64,000 nucleotides of DNA from Zygnema circumcarinatum SAG 698-1b (Eukaryota > Plantae > Zygnematophyceae): assembly GCA_037447605.1 (NCBI GenBank), contig CM074816.1, forward strand, positions 1,516,525 through 1,580,524, given 5' to 3'. The translations under genes were made by a program, and so were the position numbers. The notes under the pieces are model-generated. The model worked only from the letters and a program-made list of their open reading frames with translations. It had not been told where the DNA came from and ran no database searches. Shown one piece after another: positions 1 to 11,245 of the stretch (positions within the stretch are counted from its first letter, which is position 1; each line of letters opens with the position of its first letter).

Positions 1-1474
1 ATGCCACGTAAGCGTCCCATGGTGACATCGCGTCGCAGTTCAAACCATTTCCATGTGCCATTTCAGCCCCAGTTTTTCAGTTTCAGTCGCAATGGCCAAC
101 AGCCCCTCCAGGGCACATATGCCAGTCATTACAACCACAAAAGTTAAATTTGTGAGATTTGAATAAAAAATGTCCCCTTAAAAAAGATAAGGATGGCTAA
201 TCTTCTTTTCCTCGTCGTTGCTGTCGACAATTTCAGCGCTTGTTTATTTATTTCAGTTTTTTTTTTAATTATTTTAACGTACTTCATTGTTCCCAAAACC
301 TTCTTCTTTAAGTCAACCATGACCACCAGCCTCCCAAAAGGCTGAACACTCTTCCAAAGTCACCAAACGGCGGAAGCTCCTTTCAATGTCAGGACGAAAT
401 TTAACTTTGTCGGCAAATCTAACGGACCCAAAACTTTGAAAGCTGTACCGTACAATACGGTTAAACAGTTTGATGTGTTTTGCAGTTCCGTATTGTTTTG
501 TACTGTTCGTACGGTACGGCTTTCTCCACCGACATGATTACATCCGTACAGTCAACAAGAAGGTCGGCCTCTAAAGTTGTAATGTTTCGATAAAGTCAAC
601 GCAATCCACAATGTTAACAAGCAAGCCATGTCTTTACGGAGGTCCAATGTGCAGGGCACTTCAAATAGGGGATTTCGGCTTAAGATAGGGGACTGTCCCC
701 TAACTTGGTTTTGTAAAAACACGTAAATATGGACTGTACGGACGAAACCGTGCACATACGGACGTTCATCATTTCCCAACACTGCTACCGTCGAGTCTGA
801 TTTTTCAGTAATTGGATGGGAGAAAGACGAGTTTCGAAGGAGGTTGACAGACTTTTCATTGGAAGGCATTCTTCACTGCAAACAGTTTGATATTTTGACC
901 GTTCTTCGAGGGTCTCTTTGAGTAGTTTGCATCACTTCTATAGCTGTCTTGTTCAGCCTAAAACTCCTAAGGGAGTGAGACCATTTTTCATTTCATTTCT
1001 AATTTTAGTTCCTATTTCAGTTTTTCTTTTGTGACTACACCTAGAATTTCAAAGGTTGTGATTTGGAATAGAGTTTTTGTGAGGAAATTTCAAGACTATG
1101 ATGGATTCTAATGTGATACTTGGAGTAATTAATTATGGATGGAAAAGAAAATAGAGAGCTTAGGATTGGATCTACAAAGTTTTCGNNNNNNNNNNTAATC
1201 AACTATATGTTGTGATTGCCAAATGCACAGTTGTTCTAATTGATTGGTAAAATTTACCAATCTATAAGAGTCGAAGAGGTTGCACCAGTTTCTAAAGCCG
1301 TGTTGTTATATCAACAAGTAAAGTTCATATACATCATTGCTATCGTGGTTGCAAATGCAATTCATTTCCTTTTTGTTTTTAACCAAAAAAATACTTTTTT
1401 GGGGCTTGTGTGGTATTTAAGTTGAAATCACGTAAACTAATCTCAAAATCTTACATAAAGAGGTGTAAACTTTC

Positions 1475-1615
1475 ATTGAACTCGCGATGGCGAGGCCATC
1501 AAATGTACATGGACAAAGGCAAAATGTGGAACCACGAAGGACTGGTCACCAAGGACCGAAACACAATAAAACAAAGCTAGAGCGGAAAACTACGCCTAGG
1601 CACAACAACGCACGT
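1475..1615. repeat. Dispersed short repeat family, copy 1 (others at ~12430-12575, 27865-28000, 36575-36690 inverted, 45055-45150, 60505-60660, 60820-60950)
   Basis: Shared core CTC(A/G)CGATGGCGA..GCCATCAAATGT(A/G)CATG...GGAACCACGAGGAAC seen by eye at each position. Confidence 0.8.
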
Positions 1616-1902
1616 TACACGTTACCTACCTAAAAACCCTAAAAACCCTAAAAACCCACGTTATACATAAATAAGCTATTTACGATATTTAGGGGATCTC
1701 CCCTATTTGAAGAGCCCTGCCAATGTGCGTTTGAAAACGTACAAGAATGTACGGCTCAAGAAGGCCTTGTACGGTATTGTACGGCTCTCAGGGGTTCAGG
1801 GAGGCTGGTCGCGGGCGGGCGAGGGTTCATCCACGGTCGACTTTCTGAGGTCGCGTCGCCACGTGTCGTCACGGCATTGGCGCTTCGCTCGAGGAGGGCC
1901 AC

Positions 1903-2816
1903 ATGGCGGCCATAGGAGATGCCACGTGGCGAGCAGCTGCTGCCACGTTGCGGACACGCAGCTCGTCATCCGCAGGGAGCGCGCCATCCAGCAGCTCCAC
2001 GTGGCAGCCTGTCCGTACGAGTGTGCGGGGTTCAGGGGCCGGCCTGGCGGGGTTTAGGGGGCGGAGGGGAGAGAGCGACACGTGGGGGAGATTGGTGGCG
2101 CCACGTGGCATCCGAGCGTGTTCGGAAGCTGGTAATATGATGTCTGGAGGCTTTTAGGGTTTGAGCCGTACGGCTTAGGGTTCAGGGTTTAGGGCTGAAG
2201 CCTTAGAAATTTAATATTTTGGATTAATTTTTAGGGTTTAGGTTTTAGGGCTCCAGCCGGAGGAGTGTTTACGTAAGCCTTAGGGGTTAGGGTTTAAGGC
2301 TAGGGGTTCAAGGCTTAGGAATGCGGTTTAAAGATTTAGGGTTTGGTTTTCCGTGTTTGAGTCTCAGGGTATTGGAGTTAATGGGTTTCAAATAGCGTTT
2401 TCCGTTTAACTTTTAATTTCAGGTTTTTTTTTGCTTGTTTATGCGTTAGTTTTATATTTTTATTGATTTTGATTTTGGCATGTGCAGGCGAGTGCGGGAA
2501 GGCGACGGAGGAGGAGCAGCGGCTCGCGGCGGAGTTCATGGAGTTCGTGAACCGTACGGCCGCCACGTGGCCGCTCGAGGGCCGCAGCCCCACCGCGCTC
2601 ATGTCTCCGACGGCGGTCGTGAGAGTGCAGGTCAGCCGGAAAAAGGGGGCCGGCCCAGAATTGCAATTTTTTTCCTCTTTTTTTTTCTTTTAAATTTTTT
2701 TTTTTCATAAACAGAAAATTGTGTAGGAATAGCCCAATTGGCCATGAATCATCAACAACAACATTAACAACTACTACATTAACAACAACAATAACAACAA
2801 CAATAACATCAACATC

Positions 2817-2859
<43 letters not shown>

Positions 2860-4460
2860 TCAACAACATCAACATCAACAACGATAATATCAACATGAAC
2901 ATCATCAACAACAACAATAACATCAACAACAACATCAACATTAACAAAAACAACATCAAGAACAACAATTTCCAGCGTGGTCGTATTCTTGTTGACCCTA
3001 TGCAGATGGACGCGCTGATGCGCAACGATTGGCCCGAGGAGGGCAGCGGTGTGCGCACAGCCTTCGCCTTCGCCATGCCCGCACGTGCCGATGAGCTGCT
3101 CGCGGGGCAGGTGGGGACGGGCCCGGAACTGCCAATGGTTGGGCCAATGGTTGGCACCTGTAATGCTGATGTGATGTGTTGGAAGTTAGGAGGACATAGA
3201 ATGCGCGAGTTCGAGGATTCTGGCAGCAACCCTAGTTTCGTTCAGTAAGGCGGCACTACAAGCAGTGAAGGTTTCGTGAGTCGAAATAGGCGTGAACATG
3301 GTATTCGAGAGTTTTGATCGAATCAAAACCTCTCCTACCTCTCTCCTGCCTTCTCCACCCTCCCTCCCTCCCTCCCTCCCTCCCTTCGTCCCTCCGTCCC
3401 TCCCTCCCTCCCTCCCTTCGTCCCTCCNNNNNNNNNNCTCCCTCCCTCCCTCTGGACTTCTCCTTTCGAGTTTGTTGACACGTCGCAATTGCCAGCTGGC
3501 ACTTCCAACATCATGCCAGCTGGCACTCCTGACATGATGCCAGCTGGCAGCATCCCGTCCCTCCACGTTGATGGCATTCACTCGCCCCGCCAGGTGTTGC
3601 GTGGGCACAGGCCCGCCCTCCGGTCGCGGCGGCTCGCACGTGGGAAGCGGCGGAGCGGTTCCTCTCCGCGCGCGAGTTTGAGGCGATGGCGCACTCCCCC
3701 CAGTACCTGCCCCTGCTAAAGTGCACCCTCTGGGAGGTAGGGGGGGAGGGGGAGGGAGGCAAAATGGGAAATATTATCTGCGATTTAAAACTGCCAAATT
3801 TTGCTTTTTAATTCATATTGCTTTTGGAGTCTTTCAGTGAGAGCCTCTTCTTTTGTCCTTCTATTTTCGTTTGTGTTAGTGTTAAAGGGGAGGGGAGGTC
3901 TGCAGATGGCCTCTCCGATGGCGTTCCATGGACGCGGCGACTCGAGGAGTGTGCAAGCAGTGAAGGTGACGGCGACGGATCCCAAAACTGACATGGAAAG
4001 GAGTTTCACGTACACGTTCTGCTTGGAAAAGGTTAGTGGATGGATCTCCAAATGTTATGTTTTGATGTTTCCTTGGTATGATGGGCGTGATGTCTCTGTT
4101 TATCATTGATGCATGTGATGATGAGATGTGTATGTGATGTGATGTGATGTGATGTGATGTGATGTGATGTGATGTGATGTGATGTGATGTGATGTGATGT
4201 GATGTGATGTGATGTGATGTGATGTGATGTGATGTGATGTGATGTGATGGCATGTGATGGCATGTGATGGCATGTGATGGCATGTGATGGCATGTGATGT
4301 GCATGTGATGTGCATGTGATGTGCATGTGATGTGATGTGATATGATGTGATGTGATGTGATGTGTATGTGTATGTGCATGTGATGCAGGTCCCATCCGGC
4401 GCATACAAGGGATGTTGGATGGTGGTGGGAGTGCGCTGCGGGGACTACGCCAACGTCTAG
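1903..4460 (+). CDS. DUF4864-like (NTF2-fold-like) protein with probable chloroplast transit peptide; 6 exons (1903-2029, 2488-2630, 3006-3110, 3611-3736, 3906-4031, 4389-4460), 232 aa
   Basis: All junctions are GT-AG, phases are consistent and the exons total 699 nt ending in TAG. N-terminus is Ser/Ala/Arg-rich (MAAIGDATWRAAAATLRTRSSSS). Motifs QMDALMRNDWPEEGSGVRTAFAFA, FEAMAHSPQYLPLL and FTYTFCLEK...GCWMVVGV resemble the DUF4864 family from memory. The exon 4 acceptor is the least certain junction. Confidence 0.75.
2755..2968. repeat. (AAC)n-type intronic microsatellite
   Basis: Visible AAC/ATC/AAT trinucleotide run in intron 2. Confidence 0.95.
4124..4385. repeat. (GATGT)n pentanucleotide repeat with variants, intronic
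   Basis: Visible array in intron 5, ending at the tgcag acceptor. Confidence 0.95.
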
Positions 4461-6029
4461 CGCCACTCCTCTGTTTCCACCTCCTCGTGGTTTCAAAGCG
4501 CTCTCAAGGTTCCAGGGTTTCCTGGTATTTGTAATTTTAAAAAATGTGTCTCTGTTCCCATATTTAGGGCTCGGGTTGGCGCAGGCCGCAGGCGGAAGCT
4601 GCTGGAAGCAAACATTCGGTTGATTTAAAAGGTCCCATTTTTGTTTGGCACTCTCAAATGGTACATTTTTATCATTTTTTTTTTTTTCTTTCTCTCGGAA
4701 ATCGCAATAACTGAAATGGGCTATGGCTAAGCCTATGACTATGACTGCGATCTGACGACTATGACCACGGCAGCAGGACATTTGTGATAATTTACTTGAC
4801 CATTTTAGGGTTTCACGATCTCAGATTTACAGGTCAGGGTTTAACGCGGCCTGTAAGAGTTTTTAGAGTTTCGGGTTCCACTTCCGTACAACGCTATTAC
4901 TGAAAAAGAACGCCATTGATCGACCTCCGCCACACAGCTCCGTTCGCCACAACACGTGGAACGTCAGGCCTCCTTAAATAGGGGATATCCCCTAAATGTC
5001 GTAAATAGCTTATTTATGGGAGAATCTGAGACTAGTTTAAGTGATTTAACCTTAAATACCATACGAGCCCTAACCAACTTAACCTATGCAAACATTCACT
5101 TCTCGCCCAAAAACGAGGCAACGACATATTAGAGAAAAGTTACAAGGCCTGTTGCCGGGTCCCTCCCTACCAGTGACCTTGAGACCAAACTTGCCGCCAT
5201 GGCCACGCTGGAACTTGGGCACCTTCATCTTCTTCACTAGCGCAGCTCCCTCTACTAATCCACGTACAGCTGTGCCTACCTAAAAAAAAAAAAAAAAAAA
5301 AAAAAAAANNNNNNNNNNGTGTAAGGCAGGATATCACAAGATGGTAGCTTGGCATAGTGACAGCAAAGGGAAAATAGGACTCAGCTTAGATAAAGGTTGT
5401 GTTTTGGTAACTCACCCCAGCCAGCGGTTGGCTGGGGATTGTCATTACAATAAAAGTGTCCTCTCACTGAAATGCTTGTCTGGCTGGGCTGAATGGGATG
5501 TCTAAATGCTATCAGCAAGAAGACTCTTTCTCTTTCTCTCTATGCAATGGAACTCTCTCTCTCTCTCTCTTACTTAGCATCTGTTGCCGGAGCTGGTGAG
5601 GAAGAAAAGCAGGACAAGACAACAAACCACACAGCAAATACAAATACTAAGCCCAGCACTAAAAGACAAACTAGCATCACTGACATCCCATCTACCTATC
5701 ACTGACAGTAGATCCTGAGTCTTAGCAGTGACAGTCTCTGATTGGCCAACTGCCCACTGAGTGGCCTGACTGACTACGTGGAGCCTTCTGATCGGTCAAC
5801 AAATGACAATCGGCGGCATTATGCGGCGCTTCCGAGTGCGCCTTGCTGGATGGTGTGCTGTTCCGTGGGCCGCCAACACATGGCGCCGCCTTCTCGCATT
5901 CTCCGTCGGCAGCTCCTGGATTATGCCGGTCCGTGTCACTGAAGAGGCATATGTCAAGTACAACTGAACTGACGCGGATCCGTCGAGCGCAGCTCCACTA
6001 CGCTACACAGTCCCCTAAATTTTGCTGAA

Positions 6030-6195
6030 ATCCCCGCCCGTACAAACAGTCCGTACTTTTTGGATTCAGATTCGTACTTTTCGTACACGTACGTACGAAA
6101 AACGTACATGAATGTACGAACAAATTTGAACCCTGCCCGCACGTTTCCCGCGCGTCCGTACGAAATGACCGTTCAAAGCTCACCATCCGTACAGC
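6030..6195. promoter_or_regulatory. Cluster of CGTAC/GTAC motifs upstream of ASF1, followed by telo-box-like TTTAGGG repeats (~6335-6370)
   Basis: About ten GTAC cores in ~165 bp. CGTAC is the known SBP-domain factor core. A regulatory role is inferred. Confidence 0.4.
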
Positions 6196-6624
6196 TTTTT
6201 GCGCGCCCTCCCTCCCCCCCTTTATAAGGCGACTGGGCGAAGCTCTGACCTGTGTATTGTTCATTATTTTGAAATTTAGGGTTCAGGGCGCGGAGAGCAT
6301 CTCTGCAGAGTTCAGAGTTCAGAGTTCAGGGTTCGGGGTTTAGGGTTTAGGGATAAATATTGGGGTTAGGGCAACAAGAATTTTCACTTTTGGTCCGGGT
6401 GTTGAGGGTTTCTGGTCTTCTGGAGCTTTAGGTTTTTTGTTAACTTGGTTTTCTGGTTTTTGGTTTTCGAAGATCTGGTTTGTACGGATTTTGAAAGGCG
6501 AAGGGAGGTCAGGAAGGGGAGAGAGAGGAAACGGACAAGCAGAAAGGCCAAGGGTTCAGAGCTGCCTCCTCTTTTTCTTATTTTTTTGTTTTTTTTTTTC
6601 AAAAAGAGGGGCAAATTTGAAAAC

Positions 6625-8357
6625 ATGAGCGCGATAAATGTGACTCAAGTGCTCGTTTTGGACAACCCGAGCCGCTTCACTTCTCCGTTTCAGTTCGAAA
6701 TTTCGTACGAATGCGTTCGGGCGCTCAAAGACGGTACGTATTACATTTTCTAAAAATATAATATAATATTTTGAGGAAGACGGGAGGGAAAAACAAGGTT
6801 TGAGGTATAAAAATTTGGTAGAGAAGCAGAGGGAGGGGGAGGGGAAAAAGTGGGGAGAGTGTGAGTGAGAAAGTGGAAAGTGGGAGAGATAGAAAAGGGC
6901 AGAGTGGGAGAGAGGGAGAGGAGACGAGACGGAAGGGGGAAGAGAGGGAGCGAGAGAGAGGAGAAGAGAGGGAAGGGGGCAGAGATGGAGAGAGCGAGAG
7001 GAGAATAGAGGGAAGGGGGCAGAGAGGGACAGTGAGAGAGGAGAAGGGAGGGAAGGGGGCAGAGAGGGACAGTGAGAGAGGAGAAGGGAGGGAAGGGGGC
7101 AGAGAGGGAGAGAGAGAGGAGAAGAGAGGGAAGGGGGCAGAGAGGGAGAAAGAGAGAGAAGAAGAGGGGGAAGGGGGTAGAGAGAGAGAGAAGAGGGGGA
7201 CAGAGAGGGACGGAGAGGAGGACAGCGCGAGAGATTAGGGAAGAGAGAGGAGGGAAAGAGACAGAGAGAAAGCGACGAGAGAGAGAGACGGACGAGGGAG
7301 GGTATCTTGTTCCATGTATGTTTCGTTCCGTTTTGCTGTTCGTTCCAGTCTGAGTTTGAACCTTGTTAAAGCGCAGCATATGGCGTCGTTTCAACTTTTG
7401 AAATATTTGACGACGCTCCCTTTCGTCTCCAAAACGTTTAAAAAAAAAAAAAAGGGGAGGCCAATAAAAAGTACTTGAAGAAAAGCTTGAAAGGAAGCTT
7501 TTAAGAAAATTTCTCCTTAACAAGGAGAACTTGAAAAGGTGGTTAACATTTCAGCGCATTCCAACATGGCGGTCTCCGCGGGCTTCGCAAATGCCAGTTC
7601 TCGCCGCCACGAGCCCTATAAGACAACCTTTTTTTCTTACAGATTTCTCGAACAATTCTTAACGATTTTTCCATCTGAAACTTCTGGTTTTGCAGACTTG
7701 GAGTGGAAGCTGATCTACGTGGGGTCCTCTCAGGACGAAAAGTGCGACCAAGTGCTTGAGAGTGTGTTGGTGGGGCCGGTCAACCTCGGGACCTTCAAGT
7801 TCATCTTCCAGGTGCCTTTCTCGCCCCTCTCTCTCTCCCTCTCCCTCTCCCCATCCCTCCCACTCTCTCTCCCTCTCTCTCTGCCTTTCTGTGTCGTGTG
7901 CTCTCTCTCTCTTGTCTTTCTCTCCTCTCTCCCTCTCTGTCTTCTCTTTTCTTGCTTTGTATTTCTGCTCTCTCTCGTGCTCTTCGGGTCTTTAGAGTTT
8001 CTAGAGAAAACCCTCTCTCTCCCTACTCCCCCCTCTCATCCTCTCCTCCCTTTCCAGGCCGACCCCCCCAACCCCGAAAAGATTCCGGAAGACGACATTG
8101 TGGGAGTGACTGTCATCCTCCTCACGTGCTCATATATGGGAAACGAATTCATCCGAGTCGGATACTATGTAAACAACGAATATGAGGACGAGCAACTGAG
8201 GGAGGAGCCCCCTTCTAAAGTAATAGTCGACAAAATTCAACGAAATATTTTAGCCGATAAACCGAGAATCACAAAGCTGCCCATTCCATGGGACCCCGTT
8301 CCGTCGCCCTCGACTCCGGCGCAACCGTTTGAAAGCGAACCCGTGACCGAGTACTAG
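6625..8357 (+). CDS. ASF1: Histone H3/H4 chaperone ASF1; 3 exons (6625-6733, 7696-7811, 8058-8357), 174 aa
   Basis: MSAINVTQVLVLDNP..FQFEISYEC..LKD/DLEWKLIYVGS..YDQVL-type..ESVLVGPV..ADPP..GVTVILLTCSY..EFIRVGYYVNNEY is the canonical ASF1 core. Splice sites are clean. Confidence 0.97.
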
Positions 8358-9407
8358 GGAGAGGGTGGGGGGGTCTATATGTTCAGGGTAGTTCAGTTTT
8401 AGTTCAACGGGGATTAGTTTAATCGGTGTGGCATGTGCTGTGCCTTTAAGGGAGGAGAAGTTGTAAAGTATGTGAGAGGCTCTGGGTGAAGTGTAGCTGC
8501 CTTTTCGGATAAGGGTTTTGGGTTTTGGGTTTTGTGAATAATATGGATGTCTCAGTCCATGATTGATATCAATTGGAGAATCGCGAATTGCACCTCGAAG
8601 CTGGGGAGTTAGTTCTGGGAGCTGCCGGAATGCTGTACTCGCTTGGCTGATTCTCTGATATGTTTGATATGTTTGCTGGAAGAGACGGAGAGGCTTCAAC
8701 CCGATGACAACAGCATGCAATTATGTAACACTTCAATACATGACACAAAAGGCCTGCTTACTTTGCTGAGAAAAAAAAATGCCAGTGTGCTGCCACTGAA
8801 GTCTTACACACAGAAGCCAACCATGAAACAAGCAAGAATCAGAGTCCATACTTGACCTCATTATAGATATAGATATCTCAATACATCATTACTAGTTATA
8901 CCTGTCTTATTTTAGTTGATGAGGGCAGCGTAAAGCTGGGAATCCTACACAAACTTGACTTCGAGGCAATAGCTTAGAAGCTATTGGAGTACGAATGCGG
9001 CAGCTTACACCCTTTGCAATTGGTAGGAGTTGACGCAAAGTGTGAGAGGAAATGAACGAGAGGAGAAAGTGAGGGAAGGAAAAAAATTCTTGTCCATACC
9101 AGAAGCCGGTCGACAGTTGTTGCAGTTGTTGTTGAGCCATTAAAGGACACCGCCGCGAAGGTGACTGGCTTGCAGACTCAGCCCCACCTCATTTTCCCGC
9201 TACAACAAATTTCAAAGTTCTGCATATTCTCAAAAAGGTAATGCTCCTCTCTCTCTCTCCCTCTCTCCCCCTCCCTCCCTCCCTCCCTCCCTCTCCCCNN
9301 NNNNNNNNCTCCCCCTCCCCCTCTCGCTCTCTCGCTCTCTCGCTCTCTCTCGCCCTCTCTCTCGCCCTCGCGCTCGCCCTCGCCTTCGCCCTCGCCCTCG
9401 CTCTCTC

Positions 9408-9442
<35 letters not shown>

Positions 9443-9991
9443 TCCCTATCCCCTTCTCCCTCTCTCAAGCTTATCGCTGCCGAAGCCGTTCCGTGAGCTT
9501 CGTGTGACACGCCTTTCTGCACAGTAAAAGGGAATCGCGCACAAGGGCAGCGTTTCAAGGGCAACCTGCCACGCGCATTGCCCGGCGGCGCATGCAGTTT
9601 GCAGCGGACGCAAGCATGGCCTCGTTGCAGATCTCTATCTCGAACAGTCCCGTAAAGTGGGATTGCGCGCATGCAAGTCGCTCTTGGAGACTGAGAAGAT
9701 ATCCGCCGTGAATGCGTGCTTGAATGGCAATGAATGACTCTAAGTCGATGTAAGATTTAGATTTGAACCAATCCCGCGCCGTGACGTCGAAAGTATTGCA
9801 AACGCGGCAAGCGTCGGTGGCGTCCGTACACTTCTAGAACCTTCCTGCCGGCGGCTGTGAGTTGTGGCTGTAAGGATCTCCCTCCTATCGCCATCACCCC
9901 TCTTATCTCTCATATTTCTCTTCCTATTCCTCTGCGTACCTGTCTTTCCTTTTAAAAAAATATTTACTTCGTTTTCTTTGTCCTTGCGTCC

Positions 9992-11245
9992 ATGGATTCG
10001 AGCAGCCAACGAGAAAGTGGCACTTGCGATGGCAGCTCAATCTTGGGCCTTCCGATGTTCCTTTTGGTGCAAATTCTCTTCGGGGCTGTTGACGCTGAAG
10101 ATTTTATGAAGAGTGCTTTGCAACTGTCAACTGTTTGCAAGGCCTTTCAAGAAGCGGTGCAGGCATTCACGCAAGCAAGTATTGGAAGCAGAACGGTGAC
10201 TGCCATAAAAAAAAGGGTCCGTGGAGAGGAAGCTCAAGTGCTTAAAATTGGAAAACTTGTGCGTCTAACGCCTAAGGTGGAGTCCCTTAAAGTTGTTGAT
10301 TTTCCCGTTGTCCCTTTGATGATATCTTCTTGGTCGACTGTGATTGGGAGTACTCTTCGAAATCTGTCTATCGGAAGGGCGGAAGGAAGGAGGGAGGAAC
10401 GAGCTCTAAATTGGTATCATTTTCAAGTTCTCGCCAGATTACCGGTTCTTGAAAGTTTAACGGCCACGATTTCGCTTGGTCGGGATATAGCCAATTGGAG
10501 AGTTTTTGAAAGTGTGAAGAGGCTTCATATCTATATAAAGAAACAAAGGGATCGTGAATTTTTTGCGTGCTTTCTCCGCTTATTTCCTAATCTCACATTT
10601 CTGGGCTTATTCGACAAATGTATGTTTTACAAAGGACATGAATATGTGGTTGAACACGCTATCGTGGAAGAGCTAGATATACGTGGAAGGTATTATCGTA
10701 TTTTGAAAATTTCATGTCCTCGGTTGAGAATTTTCAATCTTCATGTATATGTAAACAAGTTGGTATTCGGGCTCAGCGATTGCTTGGATGAGATCCGTCT
10801 ACACGATGACGCACGGATCCGCGACTTCAGATTTGAAATGGATTTGTTGAGAAATGAACTCCACATTGTCATAATTGACAACGTGGAGTCCATTTTTACC
10901 TCTCGGTTTGAGGATCTTATTCTCAAGTCTCTTTTGAGGAACATGAATAGTCTGGAAAAGGTCCAAGTAACGATGTGTGTGGACAACCTACGTTGGGCGA
11001 ACGTTTGTAAGGCTTTGAAGGATACTTTGTTCTTCCCTCGACTTGTTGAACTTACGATTTTACAAGTTGCGAATCCTCTCCACATACAAGTATCACTTGA
11101 ATGGCTGAAAGTGAGCCCGAAACTTCAACATATCTGCTTCAAATTTTGCCCGAAGGCAATTAGGGTTGACGGCGATGATGCCCTCATGGAGAAGATTGAA
11201 GAATTACAGATGTTATTTCCAAGGGTTCGCTTCAGCCTGGTGTGA
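9992..11245 (+). CDS. Intronless F-box / RNI-like LRR protein, 417 aa
   Basis: Long uninterrupted ORF. N-terminal F-box-like motif ILGLPMFLLVQILF...LSTVCKAFQEAV, followed by LxxLxL repeats (LPVLESLTA, FPNLTFLGL, CPRLRIFNL, SPKLQHICF). Confidence 0.75.
   Translation: MDSSSQRESGTCDGSSILGLPMFLLVQILFGAVDAEDFMKSALQLSTVCKAFQEAVQAFTQASIGSRTVTAIKKRVRGEEAQVLKIGKLVRLTPKVESLKVVDFPVVPLMISSWSTVIGSTLRNLSIGRAEGRREERALNWYHFQVLARLPVLESLTATISLGRDIANWRVFESVKRLHIYIKKQRDREFFACFLRLFPNLTFLGLFDKCMFYKGHEYVVEHAIVEELDIRGRYYRILKISCPRLRIFNLHVYVNKLVFGLSDCLDEIRLHDDARIRDFRFEMDLLRNELHIVIIDNVESIFTSRFEDLILKSLLRNMNSLEKVQVTMCVDNLRWANVCKALKDTLFFPRLVELTILQVANPLHIQVSLEWLKVSPKLQHICFKFCPKAIRVDGDDALMEKIEELQMLFPRVRFSLV

Larger units (their letters stand above)
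1666..5018. repeat. ~54-bp inverted repeat pair (1666-1719 / 4965-5018) bracketing the DUF4864-like gene
   Basis: CATAAATAAGCTATTTACGAtATTTAGGGGATcTCCCCTATTT matches the reverse complement of 4976-5018 at 41/43 positions. Confidence 0.85.

Noticed and set aside
444-520. Imperfect hairpin GCTGTACCGTAC...GTACGGTACGGC
   Set aside because: Short and explained by the locally abundant CGTAC motifs.
3882-4781. His-Ile-Thr-Ser repeat ORFs on the minus strand
   Set aside because: Translation of the intronic (GATGT)n repeat, antisense to a well-supported gene.
5086-5355. Poly-A tract beside short open frames (possible retro-insertion tail or a minus-strand acceptor plus exon)
   Set aside because: No recognisable protein motif or TSD, and an N gap interrupts the context.
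6750-7523. (GA)n/(CT)n-derived SL/RE-rich ORFs here and at 16091-16586, 23722-24652, 26389-26929, 32214-33420, 61437-62137
   Set aside because: Microsatellite translations inside introns or transposons.
8400-9700. Possible small minus-strand gene between ASF1 and the F-box gene
   Set aside because: Some splice-like signals exist, but I could not build a phase-consistent, recognisable frame.
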